Source: an uncultured Chloroflexia bacterium
GTDB taxonomy: Bacteria > Chloroflexota > Limnocylindria > Limnocylindrales > CSP1-4
Direction: 5' to 3'
Length of the DNA stretch: 64,000 bases
NCBI GenBank assembly: GCA_963746845.1
Contig: CAVVCZ010000004.1
Coordinates: 448,001-512,000, forward strand
In this document: positions 38,252 through 48,328 of the stretch, piece by piece
Layout: each line of letters opens with the position of its first letter
How positions within the stretch are numbered: the first letter of the stretch is position 1
Notes under the pieces: model-generated
Database searches by the model: none
What the model saw: only the letters and a program-made list of their open reading frames with translations
Told to the model about the DNA's origin: nothing
Translations under genes and position numbers: made by a program

Positions 38252-39301
38252 TCAGCCGGTGGGGCCCGGTCCGGTGGAGCCGCGCACCTCGAGATGAACG
38301 GGCAGCACGAGCCGGGGAGCGGGCGCGGCGTCGGCGCTCGATCCGTTCCCGGTCGCGACGCCGGCCAGCCGTTCGGTGAGCGTCGCGACCGCCCATCGGC
38401 CCATCTCCGCGGTCTCCTGCCGGATCGTCGTCAGGGCCGGCTCGGCGTAGGCCGCGAAGGCGACGTCGTCGAAGCCCACGATGCTGAGGTCGTCCGGGAC
38501 GTGCAGGCCGTGCCGCCGGATCGCCCGGAGCGCCCCGATCGCCATCAGGTCGTTGTACGCGATGACCGCCGTGGGACGGCTCCGCCCGCCCGCGGACAGG
38601 ATCTCGTCCATCGCGACCTCGCCGCCGGGGACCGTCGGCGCCCCGCTCCCGATCATCGGACCGGCGGCGCGCGGGTCGACGCCCGCCGCCTCGAGCTCGT
38701 CCCGGACGCCCGCCAGCCGCTCCGGTGCGTCCAGGTTCCGGGGCGGGGGCATCAGGTAGCCGAACCGGCGATGTCCGAGGTCGAGCAGGTGGCGCGCGGC
38801 GGCTCGACCACCCGCGTGGTTGTCGGAGGCAACCGAGGGGAGATCGACGTTCGAGGCGTTGGTGTTGACGAGGACGACCGGCAGCGGCGCGCTCGCCAGC
38901 CACTCGCGCTGGCGCATGCCGATCGTGCTCGCCGCGATGATCAACCCGTCGACCCGCCGCTCCACGAGGATGTCGAGGTAGGAGGCCTCGCGCTCCGGAT
39001 CCTCGTCGGCATTGCACAGCAGGATCGCGTAGCCCTCGGCGTTCGCGGCGTCCTCCACGGCGCGGACGAGCTGCGGGAAGTACGGGTTCTCGATGTCGGT
39101 GACGATCAGGCCGAGCGTCAGCGTCGCCCGCCGCTTCAGCGAGCGAGCGACGAGGGACGGCCGGAAGTCGAGCTCCCGGGCGGCGACGAGGACACGCTCG
39201 CGCGTCTCCGGCCGTGCCCGGCCCACCCCCGACAGCACGCGACTGACGGTCGCCGTCGAGACGCCCGCCTGGCGGGCAACGTCGGCGATCGTCGTGGCCA
39301 T
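38252..39301 (-). CDS. LacI-family regulator of the inositol cluster
   Basis: TIADVARQAGVSTATVSRVL, NDLMAIG, SIVGFDD and PALTTIRQ motifs. Last gene of the iolD operon. Confidence 0.93.
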   Translation of the reverse strand: MATTIADVARQAGVSTATVSRVLSGVGRARPETRERVLVAARELDFRPSLVARSLKRRATLTLGLIVTDIENPYFPQLVRAVEDAANAEGYAILLCNADEDPEREASYLDILVERRVDGLIIAASTIGMRQREWLASAPLPVVLVNTNASNVDLPSVASDNHAGGRAAARHLLDLGHRRFGYLMPPPRNLDAPERLAGVRDELEAAGVDPRAAGPMIGSGAPTVPGGEVAMDEILSAGGRSRPTAVIAYNDLMAIGALRAIRRHGLHVPDDLSIVGFDDVAFAAYAEPALTTIRQETAEMGRWAVATLTERLAGVATGNGSSADAAPAPRLVLPVHLEVRGSTGPGPTG

Positions 39302-39309
39302 CGAAGGCC

Positions 39310-40230
39310 TCAGGGGTGCCCGGTCTCGTCGACGATGGGCACGGTATCGGGATCCGTCCCGATCGGGACGGCCGGGATGTCCTCGCCGGCGGCCTCGCGC
39401 TGGGCGAGCACCTTCAGGTCCGCCTGGAGCTCCTCGAGCTCGGAGCCGCCGCCCATCAGGGCATGGAGCTGCTCCGCGTTGAGCTCGCCCCGGCGGTAGG
39501 TGCCGCCCGATCGGCCGCGGGTGAGGATCGTGAACGAATCGCCGATCGGCAGCGCGTGCTGGACGTTGTGGGTGATGAAGATCACGCCGAGGCCCTTGTT
39601 CCGGGCCGCGATCGCGTGGCGCAGGACGATCGCCGATTCCTTGACCCCGAGCGCCGACGTGGGCTCGTCGAGGATCAGGACGCGGGCGCCGAAGTACTCC
39701 GCCCGGGCGATCGCCAGCGTCTGACGCTCGCCGCCGGACAGCGTCCCGACGAGCTGCTCGGTGTCGCGGACGTCGATCCCGATGTTGTGCATCTCCTCGC
39801 GCGCGATCGTCGCCGCCTTGGCGGCATCGAACCGGCGGAGCGGACCCCAGCCGATCGTCGGCTCGTTGCCGAGGAAGAAGTTCCGGCTGATGCTCATCAA
39901 CGGCATGACCGACAGGTCCTGGTAGACCGTCGCGATCCCCGCGTCGAGCGCGTCGCGCGGCGAGCTGAACGTCACCGGGTTGCCGTCGACGGCGAGCGTC
40001 CCGTCGTCGGGCGGATGGACGCCCGAGAGCGTCTTGATCAGGGTCGACTTGCCCGCGCCGTTGTCCCCGAGCAGGCAGGTGACCTGGCCCGAGCGGACCT
40101 CGATCGACACGCCCTCCAGGGCGACGACCGCCCCGAAGTACTTCGAGATGTTGCGGGCCTCGAGGAGGGGCGGATCCTGGGATCCGCCGGGATCGGGGGT
40201 ACCGGCCGGTGCGGCCGAGGTCATCGTCAT
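39310..40230 (-). CDS. Sugar (inositol) ABC transporter ATP-binding protein
   Basis: [30 protein letters not shown] and ITHN motifs. AAGGAGG RBS. Confidence 0.92.
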   Translation of the reverse strand: MTMTSAAPAGTPDPGGSQDPPLLEARNISKYFGAVVALEGVSIEVRSGQVTCLLGDNGAGKSTLIKTLSGVHPPDDGTLAVDGNPVTFSSPRDALDAGIATVYQDLSVMPLMSISRNFFLGNEPTIGWGPLRRFDAAKAATIAREEMHNIGIDVRDTEQLVGTLSGGERQTLAIARAEYFGARVLILDEPTSALGVKESAIVLRHAIAARNKGLGVIFITHNVQHALPIGDSFTILTRGRSGGTYRRGELNAEQLHALMGGGSELEELQADLKVLAQREAAGEDIPAVPIGTDPDTVPIVDETGHP

Positions 40231-40241
40231 CACGGGCCTCC

Positions 40242-41321
40242 TTACCGCAGCCCGGCGAACCGGCGCCGGATGAAGTTGTTGAGCACGACCGCCGTGAGGA
40301 GCAGGGTCCCCGTGGCGATCTTGTTCCAGTCGGCGTTGATGCTCGCGAACACGATCCCGATCTGGGCCATGCCGAGCGCCAGCGCGCCCAGCGCCGTGCC
40401 GACGACCGAGCCGTACCCGCCGGTCAGCAGACAGCCGCCGATGACGGCCGTCGTGATGGCCGTCAGCTCGAGGCCGCCACCGCGCAGGATGTCGGCCGAG
40501 CTGAACCGCATCGACTGGATCGCGGCGAGGATCGAGGCGGACAGTGCGGTGAGCGCGAACAGGGTGATCTTCACCCGCGCCACCGGGACCCCGAGGTTGC
40601 GGGCCGCGGCCGGTGAGCCGCCGACGCCGGCGATCCAGTTGCCGAACTTGCGGCGGCCGAGGATGTAGGCGCCGATGGCCGCGATGACGACCCACCACAC
40701 GATCGACACCTGGAAGTCGACCGTCTGCCCGTCGATCACGAACGAGTACTTCCAGTTGAAGAGGCCGGCGAGCGGGTCGGCCGCGATCCGGGCCGGGTCG
40801 ATCGGGATGTAGGTGATGTTCGTCACGATCGAGGTCATGACCGACGACAGGCCGGCGATGATGAACAGCGTGGCCAGCGTGACGATGAACGACGGGAGGC
40901 CGGTCCGGACCACGATGAACCCGTTGACCGCGCCGAGGGCGGTGGCGGCGGCCATCGCGATCAGGATCGACAGCCAGATCGGGAGCCCCCAGATCGTCGA
41001 GCAGATCCCGATGAGGATCCCGGCGAAGCCGACCATCGAGCCGACCGACAGGTCGAACTCGCCGGCGATCATCAGGAGCGCGACGGCCGTTCCCACGACG
41101 CCGGCCTGGGCCGCGACGTCGAGGTAGCCGAGCGTGCCCTGGATGCTGTAGAAGGCGTTCGTCCCGCGGGCGACCGAGAGAACGAGGAACACCAGCCAGA
41201 CGAACACGACGATGACGAGCGCGCCGGCGGCCGGTCGCGCCAGGAGCCGTTGGGCGAGGGAGACGCGGCGGAGTCGCTCGGGGGCGGGTGCAGGGCCGGC
41301 GTCGGCGGTGGTGGTCGCCAT
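40242..41321 (-). CDS. Sugar (inositol) ABC transporter permease
   Basis: [27 protein letters not shown] and [13 protein letters not shown] motifs. Confidence 0.92.
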   Translation of the reverse strand: MATTTADAGPAPAPERLRRVSLAQRLLARPAAGALVIVVFVWLVFLVLSVARGTNAFYSIQGTLGYLDVAAQAGVVGTAVALLMIAGEFDLSVGSMVGFAGILIGICSTIWGLPIWLSILIAMAAATALGAVNGFIVVRTGLPSFIVTLATLFIIAGLSSVMTSIVTNITYIPIDPARIAADPLAGLFNWKYSFVIDGQTVDFQVSIVWWVVIAAIGAYILGRRKFGNWIAGVGGSPAAARNLGVPVARVKITLFALTALSASILAAIQSMRFSSADILRGGGLELTAITTAVIGGCLLTGGYGSVVGTALGALALGMAQIGIVFASINADWNKIATGTLLLTAVVLNNFIRRRFAGLR

Positions 41322-41345
41322 CGAAGCCTCCGGAGTGGCGAGTGG

Positions 41346-41378
41346 GGGAGGGACCGGGCCCGCGGCCCGGCCCCTCCC
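41346..41378 (-). terminator. Long stem-loop after the binding-protein gene
   Basis: GGGAGGGACCGGGCC-cgc-GGCCCGGCCCCTCCC, a 15-bp stem with one G-U pair on the minus-strand transcript. Confidence 0.55.
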
Positions 41379-41413
41379 GAGGCGTCGGTCGCCCGACGCC
41401 CATGAGCGTCAGG

Positions 41414-42421
41414 TCAGCGCAGCCCCTTCGCCGCGAGGGCGATGACGTTGGCCGCGTTGTCCTTGGTGACGAAGCCCGGGCCGGTCATGATCAGGCCGGT
41501 CCCGTCGCCCGTCGGCAGGTTCCCCGTCTCTGCGTAGTTCGTGAGGATCACGATCGGCAGATAGCCCTGGAGGAACTGCTGCTGGTCGATGGCGAAGTCC
41601 ATCTTGCCGTCCTTGATCGCCGTCAGGACGTCGGCGCTCAGGTCGAAGGTCGCGAGATGGATCTGCTTGCCGGACGCCGCGACGGCCGCGAGGGCTGGCC
41701 CCGCCACCGACGGTCCCAGGGTCAGGATCCCGTCGATCGTCGGATCGGCCTGGATCGCGGCAGCGATCGCGGCCTGCATGCCGGCCGGATCGGAGATCTT
41801 GCCGGTCAGGATCTTGTCCTTGCCGTCGATGCCGAGCGCCTGGAAGAAGCCGTTGCAGCGCAGGGTCAGCGCCTGGTTGCCGACCTCCTGGTTGAAGCAA
41901 CGCGGGTTCTTCACGCCCGCGTCCTTGAACCGCTGTCCGGCGCCGATTCCCGCCTGGAGCTCGGTCTGCCCGACGTGGGCGAGGATCCCGAGGCTCTTGA
42001 ACACGTCGGAGCCCGAGTTCATCGAGACGACGGGGATGCCGGCCGCCACGGCCTTCTTGATCGACGGGCTCAGCGCGTCGGCGTTCGGGATCGAGACGAC
42101 GAGGCCGGTCGGCTTCTTCGCGACGGCCGCGTCGATCAGGGCGGACATGCCGGGCATGTCGCTTTCCGCGCCCGGTGCGCTGTAGTTCGCGGTGACACCC
42201 ATGTCGGCCGCGCCGGCCTTGACGCCGTTGCGGACGACGCCCCAGAACCCGTCCTGGGCCTGGCCGTGGGTCACGATCTCGATCTTGATGTCGCCGCGCT
42301 TCACGAGCGCGCCGTCGGGTCCCTTCGCCGTGCCACCGCCGGACGGCGAGGCCGTCGCGTTGCAGGCGGACAGGACGATGGCGAAGCCCGCGACCAGTCC
42401 GAGCACCTTGCGTGTGTGCAT
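41414..42421 (-). CDS. Sugar (inositol) ABC transporter substrate-binding lipoprotein
   Basis: Lipobox [34 protein letters not shown] and [10 protein letters not shown] motifs. Confidence 0.9.
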   Translation of the reverse strand: MHTRKVLGLVAGFAIVLSACNATASPSGGGTAKGPDGALVKRGDIKIEIVTHGQAQDGFWGVVRNGVKAGAADMGVTANYSAPGAESDMPGMSALIDAAVAKKPTGLVVSIPNADALSPSIKKAVAAGIPVVSMNSGSDVFKSLGILAHVGQTELQAGIGAGQRFKDAGVKNPRCFNQEVGNQALTLRCNGFFQALGIDGKDKILTGKISDPAGMQAAIAAAIQADPTIDGILTLGPSVAGPALAAVAASGKQIHLATFDLSADVLTAIKDGKMDFAIDQQQFLQGYLPIVILTNYAETGNLPTGDGTGLIMTGPGFVTKDNAANVIALAAKGLR

Positions 42422-42570
42422 GCCGTTCGCTCCTCCATGGAATTGACCTTGGGCGGTCGATCGGTCCACGACCGATCACTCCGCGATCTCCGTCCTCCTT
42501 GTCACTGCGTCCGGATCGTCCATCGACCCGTCGACGCCGGCACCTCCTTTCACCGACCGGAACCGGTCGA

Positions 42571-43572
42571 TCAGCTGTCCGGGATCTCCTCGACACGCAC
42601 CGGTCGGTGCTCGTGGAGCGAACGGGTGGCGGCCTCCGCGATCCGGATGGCCTGGACGCCGTCGCGCGCCGTGCACGGGCTCGGCAGCTCGCCGCGGGCC
42701 ACGCGCACGAACGTCGCGAGCTCCTCGGCGTAGGCGTCCCCGAACCGGTCCATGAACTGGGCCCACGGCGGACCCGCGGGCGGCGGGACGCCCGGCTCGA
42801 CGGAGCGCATCGGGGTCCGCGGGCCGAGGCCGACGCTGACCGAGTCGCCCGAGCCGAACAGCTCCGCGCGGATGTCGTAGCCGAGCGGGTCATGGCGCGC
42901 CGACGTCAGGACGCCGAGCACGCCGTCGTCCATGCGGAGCGTCGCGACGCCGGTGTCGACGTCGCCGTACTTGGCGAACACGGGGAAGCCACGGACGCCG
43001 CCGTCGGCGTAGACCTCGACGACCTCGTGGCCGGTCAGCCACCGGATGACGTCGAAGTCGTGGATGCTGAAATCCCGGAACAGGCCGCCGGACTGTGGGA
43101 TGTACGACTCGTGGGGCGGCGCGGGATCGTGGCCGGCGAGGCGGTAGGCGTAGAGCGTCCCGAGCGCACCGGTCTCGACGAGCCGGCGGGCCTCGCGGTA
43201 GCCGGCGTCGAAACGGCGCTGGAACCCGAGCTGGAACCGGATCCCCGCGTCCTCGACCGTTCGGGCGACCGCGATGGAGGCCGCGACGTCGAGCGCCAGC
43301 GGCTTCTCGCAGAACGTCGGGAGCCCGCGTCGCGCCGACATCGTGATCAGTGCTGCATGGGCGGACGTCGCGGCCGCGATGACGACAGCGTCCGCCCCGT
43401 CCAGGGCCGCGTCGACGCTCGGAGCCGCGGTCGCACCGACGGTCGCGGCCGCATCCGCTGCGGAGCTCGGCACCTCGTCCGCGATGATCAGGGCATCCAC
43501 GCCGCGCGTCTTCGACAACAGCCCCGCGTGGAACCGACCGATCCGGCCCGCGCCGATCAGGGCGATCTTCAT
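42571..43572 (-). CDS. iolG: Inositol 2-dehydrogenase (Gfo/Idh/MocA family)
   Basis: IGAGRIG, FCEKP, GFQRRFD, SGGLFRD..IHDFD and GYDIRAE motifs, in iol gene context. Confidence 0.85.
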   Translation of the reverse strand: MKIALIGAGRIGRFHAGLLSKTRGVDALIIADEVPSSAADAAATVGATAAPSVDAALDGADAVVIAAATSAHAALITMSARRGLPTFCEKPLALDVAASIAVARTVEDAGIRFQLGFQRRFDAGYREARRLVETGALGTLYAYRLAGHDPAPPHESYIPQSGGLFRDFSIHDFDVIRWLTGHEVVEVYADGGVRGFPVFAKYGDVDTGVATLRMDDGVLGVLTSARHDPLGYDIRAELFGSGDSVSVGLGPRTPMRSVEPGVPPPAGPPWAQFMDRFGDAYAEELATFVRVARGELPSPCTARDGVQAIRIAEAATRSLHEHRPVRVEEIPDS

Positions 43573-44582
43573 GCGATGTGCCCCGCGTCATCCGCGACGG
43601 ACCCGGGGCGACCGGAGACGCGTCGCAGCGCCGCGCCGAGCACCCGCCGGCCGATCGCCGCGCTCTCCGCCGGTGGCGGCCAGCCGCTGTCCTGCTCGAC
43701 CATCAGCCAGCCGTCGTAGGACCGCTCGGCCAGGACGCCGAGGATCCCGTCCAGGTCGAGGAGGCCCGCGCCGAGCTCCGTGAAGAGGCGTGCCCGGATC
43801 CCCGCCGCGAACCCCGCCACCCGGCCGCTCCGCAGCCCGGCGAGGACCTCCGGATCGACGTCCTTCAGATGGACGTGCTCGACGCGCGGGCCGTACCGGC
43901 GGAGGGCCGCCACCGGATCTCCGCCGCCGACGATGTAGTGCCCGACGTCGAGGCAGAACGGCAGGACGTCGGCCGCGATGGAGCCCGCCAGGCGATCCAC
44001 CTCCTCGGGGGTCTCGACGTACGTCCCGGCGTGGGGATGGAACGCGAGCCGCGCCCCGGCGCGGCGCGTCTCGTCGGAGATCGCCGCGAGGAGATCCACG
44101 GTCCGCGCCCAGCCGTCGTCGGTCAGCCGCGGGGCGGCCGCGTCACGGGCGTGACCGGCGAACGGGTCCCGCTCGGGGCTGCCGTCGAACGCGATGCACA
44201 GCACCTCGCCGCCGCCGTCGACCAGCAGCCGGATGCGCTCGCGGACCCCCTCGAGCGAGCCCGCGACCGGACCGGCGGGAGTGGCTCCGAACCACGCATA
44301 GACCTCCGCGAGGCGGAGGCCGCGGGCCGCGAGGATCCCGCGCAGCGCGTCGCCCTCCGGGAACCCGAGGCCGAGCTGGGTCCCGTCGTAGCCGGTCCGG
44401 GCGATGTCGTCGAGGACGACCTCCGCGGTGGCGTTCAGGCGGAGCTCGGGCACGTCCACGTTGTTCCAGAGGATCGGGACCGTGCCGATCGGGGCGTGGG
44501 CGAGCGGCCCAGCCACGGCGAGTCGTCGGCGCAGCCGCTCGGCCTGCTCGACGAGGGCGGGCGGTGGCGAGGCGACGGTCAT
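43569..44582 (-). CDS. iolE: Myo-inosose-2 dehydratase-like TIM-barrel protein
   Basis: PILWNNVD, G...G.GFP, FHPHAGTYVET..E, CLDVGH, HVHLKD, FTELG.G and WLMVEQD motifs. Coupled to iolD and iolG. Confidence 0.82.
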   Translation of the reverse strand: MTVASPPPALVEQAERLRRRLAVAGPLAHAPIGTVPILWNNVDVPELRLNATAEVVLDDIARTGYDGTQLGLGFPEGDALRGILAARGLRLAEVYAWFGATPAGPVAGSLEGVRERIRLLVDGGGEVLCIAFDGSPERDPFAGHARDAAAPRLTDDGWARTVDLLAAISDETRRAGARLAFHPHAGTYVETPEEVDRLAGSIAADVLPFCLDVGHYIVGGGDPVAALRRYGPRVEHVHLKDVDPEVLAGLRSGRVAGFAAGIRARLFTELGAGLLDLDGILGVLAERSYDGWLMVEQDSGWPPPAESAAIGRRVLGAALRRVSGRPGSVADDAGHIA

Positions 44583-46399
44583 CGGTGCTGTTCCTCCGCG
44601 CGGCCCTCGAGCCAGCGCGCATGCTGCTCCGGGTGGTTCGGCGGGCTCGGGGCGTCCCACCAGCCGGTCTTGTCCGGACCGGCCCGCTCCAGATCACGAT
44701 CGACCTTCACGTGGACGAGGGAGGGCCCTCCGGACGCGAGCGCCCGTCCCACCGCCGGCCCGACCTCGTCGGGATGGGCCGCGGTCTCGCTGTGCAGGCC
44801 GAACGCCGCCCCGATCGCCCGGAAGTCGGGGGAGTAGACCGAGCCGTCCGGGGTCAGGAAGTCGGTCCAGGCCGTCCGGCCGAAGAAGCTCTGCTGGCCG
44901 CCCTTGATGCTGATCCAGCCGGAGTTGTCGAGGACGACCGTGCAGACCGGGGCGCCGGCGAGAACGGCGGCCTGGAGCTCCTGCATCGTCTGGAGGAAGT
45001 CCCCGTCGCCGCAGACCGCGAGGACCTGTCGCTCGGGCTTCGCGAGCTGGGCGCCGATCGCGGCCGGCAGCGTGAACCCCATCGTCGAGAACCCGCCGGA
45101 CGTGAGGTGGGTCCGCGGCTGGCGGGTGACCCAGCGCTGTTTGACCATGCCCTGCGGGAGGCCGGCCCCGGTCACGACGATCGCGTCATCGCGCGTCGCG
45201 CCCTGGACCTCGCGGACCGCGCGGGCCATTGACATCGGCACCGCGTCCGATCCGGACTTGCCCTCGACCAGCTCGTACCACTCGCCCTTGAGCCGCTGGA
45301 TCTCGTCGTAGTACGGCGTGTCGCGGTAGACGTCCGGACCGCCGCCCGGACCGAGGGCCGTCAGCAGGTCCAGGAGGGCCGCCTTCGCGTCGCCGACCAG
45401 GGCCACGTCGACCGGGTAGTTCTTGCCGATCTCGCGCGGGTCGATGTCCACCTGGATCAGGCGCGACGGCGGGATCGCGAACGTCACGCCCTTGCGGTAC
45501 GAGGAGGCCGACCAGTCGGTGAAGCGGTTGCCGACCGAGACGACGACGTCCGCCGATGCCGCCAGCCGGTTGCCGCAGGTCGAGGCCGTGTCGCCGATCG
45601 TCTGGGCGGACAGCTCATGAGTCTCGTCGATCGCGCCCTTGCCGTTCCAGGTCGTGACGACCGGGGCGCCGAGCCGCTCGGCCAGCGCGACCACCTCGTC
45701 CCACGCCTCGGCGAGGATCGCCCCGCCGCCCGCGACGATGACCGGGCGGGCCGCCTCGCGGAGGCGGGCCGCGGCGCGCTCGACGTCGTCGGACGCCGGC
45801 CGGACCCGGCCCCGCGCCCGGCGCGACGAGGGCACCGGCAGCTGGACGTCGGCGGCCTCCGCCTGGACGTCCATCGGCAGGTCGAGCAGGACCGGGCCGG
45901 GCCGTCCGCTCGTCATGGCGTTCCAGGCGCGGTGGAGGACGAAGGGCAGGTCGTCGACGCGGGACGGCTGCCACCACTCCTTCACGAGCGGCTCGAACAC
46001 GCGCGGGTTGTCGGCGTGGTGGCGGCGCTCCAGCTCCTGGAACAGCCCGTGGCCGCGCATGTACGTGTGGGGCGAGCCCGTCGCGAGGGCGACGGCCGTC
46101 GAATCGACGTACGCCGTGCCCATCCCGATCACCGTGTTCATCGCGCCGGGCCCGATGCTCGTGAACGCGAGGATCGGCTGGCCCGTGGCGCGATACCAGC
46201 CGTCGGCGAGGTGCACGGCCGATTGCTCGTGCATGACCTGGACGGTCCGGATCGCGTCGCGTCGATCGAGGAGGGCGTCGGTGATCGCCCAGGAGCCGTG
46301 ACCCGGGATCCCGGCGACGAGCGGCACGCCCTCGTTGACGAGGTGCTCGACGAGGATCTGGGCGCCGGTCAGCCGGGTCCGCGTCGTGGGATCGCTCAA
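44579..46399 (-). CDS. iolD: Thiamine-diphosphate-dependent trihydroxycyclohexane-dione acylhydrolase (IolD-like)
   Basis: GIPGHG, HEQSAVH.AD, TSIGPGA.N, GFSTMGF and GDGDF..LDNSGW.SI motifs. TTG start; iol context. Confidence 0.8.
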   Translation of the reverse strand: MSDPTTRTRLTGAQILVEHLVNEGVPLVAGIPGHGSWAITDALLDRRDAIRTVQVMHEQSAVHLADGWYRATGQPILAFTSIGPGAMNTVIGMGTAYVDSTAVALATGSPHTYMRGHGLFQELERRHHADNPRVFEPLVKEWWQPSRVDDLPFVLHRAWNAMTSGRPGPVLLDLPMDVQAEAADVQLPVPSSRRARGRVRPASDDVERAAARLREAARPVIVAGGGAILAEAWDEVVALAERLGAPVVTTWNGKGAIDETHELSAQTIGDTASTCGNRLAASADVVVSVGNRFTDWSASSYRKGVTFAIPPSRLIQVDIDPREIGKNYPVDVALVGDAKAALLDLLTALGPGGGPDVYRDTPYYDEIQRLKGEWYELVEGKSGSDAVPMSMARAVREVQGATRDDAIVVTGAGLPQGMVKQRWVTRQPRTHLTSGGFSTMGFTLPAAIGAQLAKPERQVLAVCGDGDFLQTMQELQAAVLAGAPVCTVVLDNSGWISIKGGQQSFFGRTAWTDFLTPDGSVYSPDFRAIGAAFGLHSETAAHPDEVGPAVGRALASGGPSLVHVKVDRDLERAGPDKTGWWDAPSPPNHPEQHARWLEGRAEEQHR

Positions 46400-46419
46400 C
46401 AGGTCCCCTTGCGATACGA

Positions 46420-46433
46420 TGTAATCGTTTACA
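46420..46433. promoter_or_regulatory. LacI-type operator TGTAATCGTTTACA
   Basis: Near-perfect 14-bp AT-rich palindrome with central CG, between the iolD promoter and start codon. Confidence 0.72.
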
Positions 46434-46446
46434 CGCGCGGATCGAG

Positions 46447-46475
46447 AGCGTAGGCACCTCGTTGCCGCATGTCAA
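46447..46475 (-). promoter_or_regulatory. Sigma70-type promoter of the iolD operon (TTGACA-17-TACGCT)
   Basis: Minus-strand TTGACA at 46475-46470, a 17-nt spacer and TACGCT at 46452-46447. Confidence 0.75.
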
Positions 46476-46638
46476 CGGTCGTGTTGCGACCCGGAGCCGA
46501 CGCAGCGTACGCGTCGCGTGGGGCGTCGTCGATGCCAGCGCGTTGGTCTCCGCACGGGCGTCGCGGTAAGGTGTCGACGATGCAGCCGGTCGTCGGTGCG
46601 GGCGGCGGGCATGCGACGAAAGGGCAGGGGTCGAGACG

Positions 46639-48192
46639 ATGACGCAGGTGGCCGAGCCGGGGCGCGCCCGGGCCGAGACGCAGGGAGGCCCGACCCTCGG
46701 GGCCGTCCATCACTGGATCGGCGGGGCGATCGTGGAGGGCACGTCCGGGCGTCGCGGTCCGGTCTACGACCCGGCGACAGGCCGGATCGCCCGTGAGGTC
46801 GACTTCGCGACCGTCGACGAGGTCGGAGCGGCGGTCGCCGCCGCCAGGGCCGCCTTCCCGGCGTGGCGGGCCACGTCGCTGTCGAAGCGGACCGAGATCC
46901 TGTTCCGCATCCGCAATCTCGTCGAGACCCATCGGCGCGAGCTCGCTGCGCACCTGACCGCGGAGCACGGCAAGGTGCCGTCCGACGCGCTCGGCGAGAT
47001 CGCCCGCGGCCTCGAGAACCTCGAGTTCGCCTGCGGGATCCCGAATCTCTTGAAGGGCGGCTTCACGGAGCAGGCCTCGACCGGCGTCGACGTCTTCCAG
47101 ATCCGCCAGCCGCTCGGCGTCGTCGCCGGAATCACGCCGTTCAACTTCCCGGCGATGGTCCCGATGTGGATGTTCGGCAACGCGATCGCCTGCGGCAACA
47201 CGTTCGTCCTGAAGCCGTCCGAGAAGGACCCGTCCGCATCGATGTTCCTCGCCGAGCTCCTCCACGAGGCCGGCGTCCCGGATGGCGTGTTCAACGTCGT
47301 CCACGGCGACAAGGTCGCGGTCGACGCGATCCTCGAGCACCCGGACATCTCGGCGGTGTCGTTCGTCGGCTCGACCCCGATCGCCCGGTACATCTACGAG
47401 ACCGGCACGAAGAACGGGAAGCGGGTCCAGGCCCTCGGCGGGGCGAAGAACCACATGATCGTCCTGCCGGACGCCGACATCGACATGGCCGCCGATGCCG
47501 CGGTCTCCGCGGGCTACGGCTCGGCGGGCGAGCGCTGCATGGCGATCGCGACGGTCGTCGCGGTGGGCGCGGTCGCCGACCCGCTGGTCGACGCGATCAA
47601 GGCCCGGCTCCCGAAGATCAAGGTGGGTCCGGGGAGCGATCCCGAGGCCGAGATGGGCCCGCTGGTCACGCGCCAGCACCGCGACAAGGTCGCGTCCTAC
47701 CTCGAGTCGGGCCCCGCCCAGGGTGCCACGCTCGTCGCCGACGGCCGCGACCACCCGCTGTACGACGAGTCCGAGGGCGGCTTCTTCCTCGGTGTCTCGC
47801 TGATCGACCACGTGACGACGGACATGGACGCGTACCGCGACGAGATCTTCGGCCCGGTGCTGACGGTCGTTCGCGTCGACACCTATGAGGAGGCCGTCCA
47901 CCTCGTCAACGACAACCCGTACGGGAACGGCACCGCGATCTTCACGCGGGATGGCGGTGCCGCCCGCCAGTTCCAGTTCGAGGCCAACGCGGGGATGGTC
48001 GGGATCAACGTCCCGATCCCGGTTCCGGTCGCCTACTACAGCTTCGGCGGCTGGAAGCACTCGCTCTTCGGCGACCTGCACATGTACGGCCCCGAGGGGA
48101 TCCAGTTCTACACGCGGGCGAAGATCGTGACCCAGCGCTGGCCGGACCCGGGGACCTCGAAGATCGACCTCGGGTTCCCGCGGACGCGCTGA
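46639..48192 (+). CDS. iolA: CoA-acylating (methyl)malonate-semialdehyde dehydrogenase
   Basis: ITPFNFPAMVPMW, LKPSEKDP, SFVGSTP, GGAKNH, GSAGERCMA and GINVPIPVP motifs. Confidence 0.93.
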   Translation: MTQVAEPGRARAETQGGPTLGAVHHWIGGAIVEGTSGRRGPVYDPATGRIAREVDFATVDEVGAAVAAARAAFPAWRATSLSKRTEILFRIRNLVETHRRELAAHLTAEHGKVPSDALGEIARGLENLEFACGIPNLLKGGFTEQASTGVDVFQIRQPLGVVAGITPFNFPAMVPMWMFGNAIACGNTFVLKPSEKDPSASMFLAELLHEAGVPDGVFNVVHGDKVAVDAILEHPDISAVSFVGSTPIARYIYETGTKNGKRVQALGGAKNHMIVLPDADIDMAADAAVSAGYGSAGERCMAIATVVAVGAVADPLVDAIKARLPKIKVGPGSDPEAEMGPLVTRQHRDKVASYLESGPAQGATLVADGRDHPLYDESEGGFFLGVSLIDHVTTDMDAYRDEIFGPVLTVVRVDTYEEAVHLVNDNPYGNGTAIFTRDGGAARQFQFEANAGMVGINVPIPVPVAYYSFGGWKHSLFGDLHMYGPEGIQFYTRAKIVTQRWPDPGTSKIDLGFPRTR

Positions 48193-48315
48193 TGGTCGAC
48201 TCGCTCGCCGGGCGCAACGGCGACGACCTCATCGTCAGCCTCGACTTGATCGAGATCAACGAGGCATTCGCCGCGCGTGGCGATGGCCATCGAGCGGGTC
48301 GGGGCGGCCGCGTGA
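48192..48315 (+). pseudogene. Collapsed remnant of an acetyl-CoA acetyltransferase (thiolase) gene
   Basis: ATG overlaps the iolA stop. It reads MVDSLAGRNGDDLIVS joined to LDLIEINEAFAA (thiolase NEAF motif), then in a shifted frame VAMAIERVGAAA-stop (thiolase-like C-terminus). Confidence 0.7.
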
Positions 48316-48328
48316 TGGGACCCGGCCG

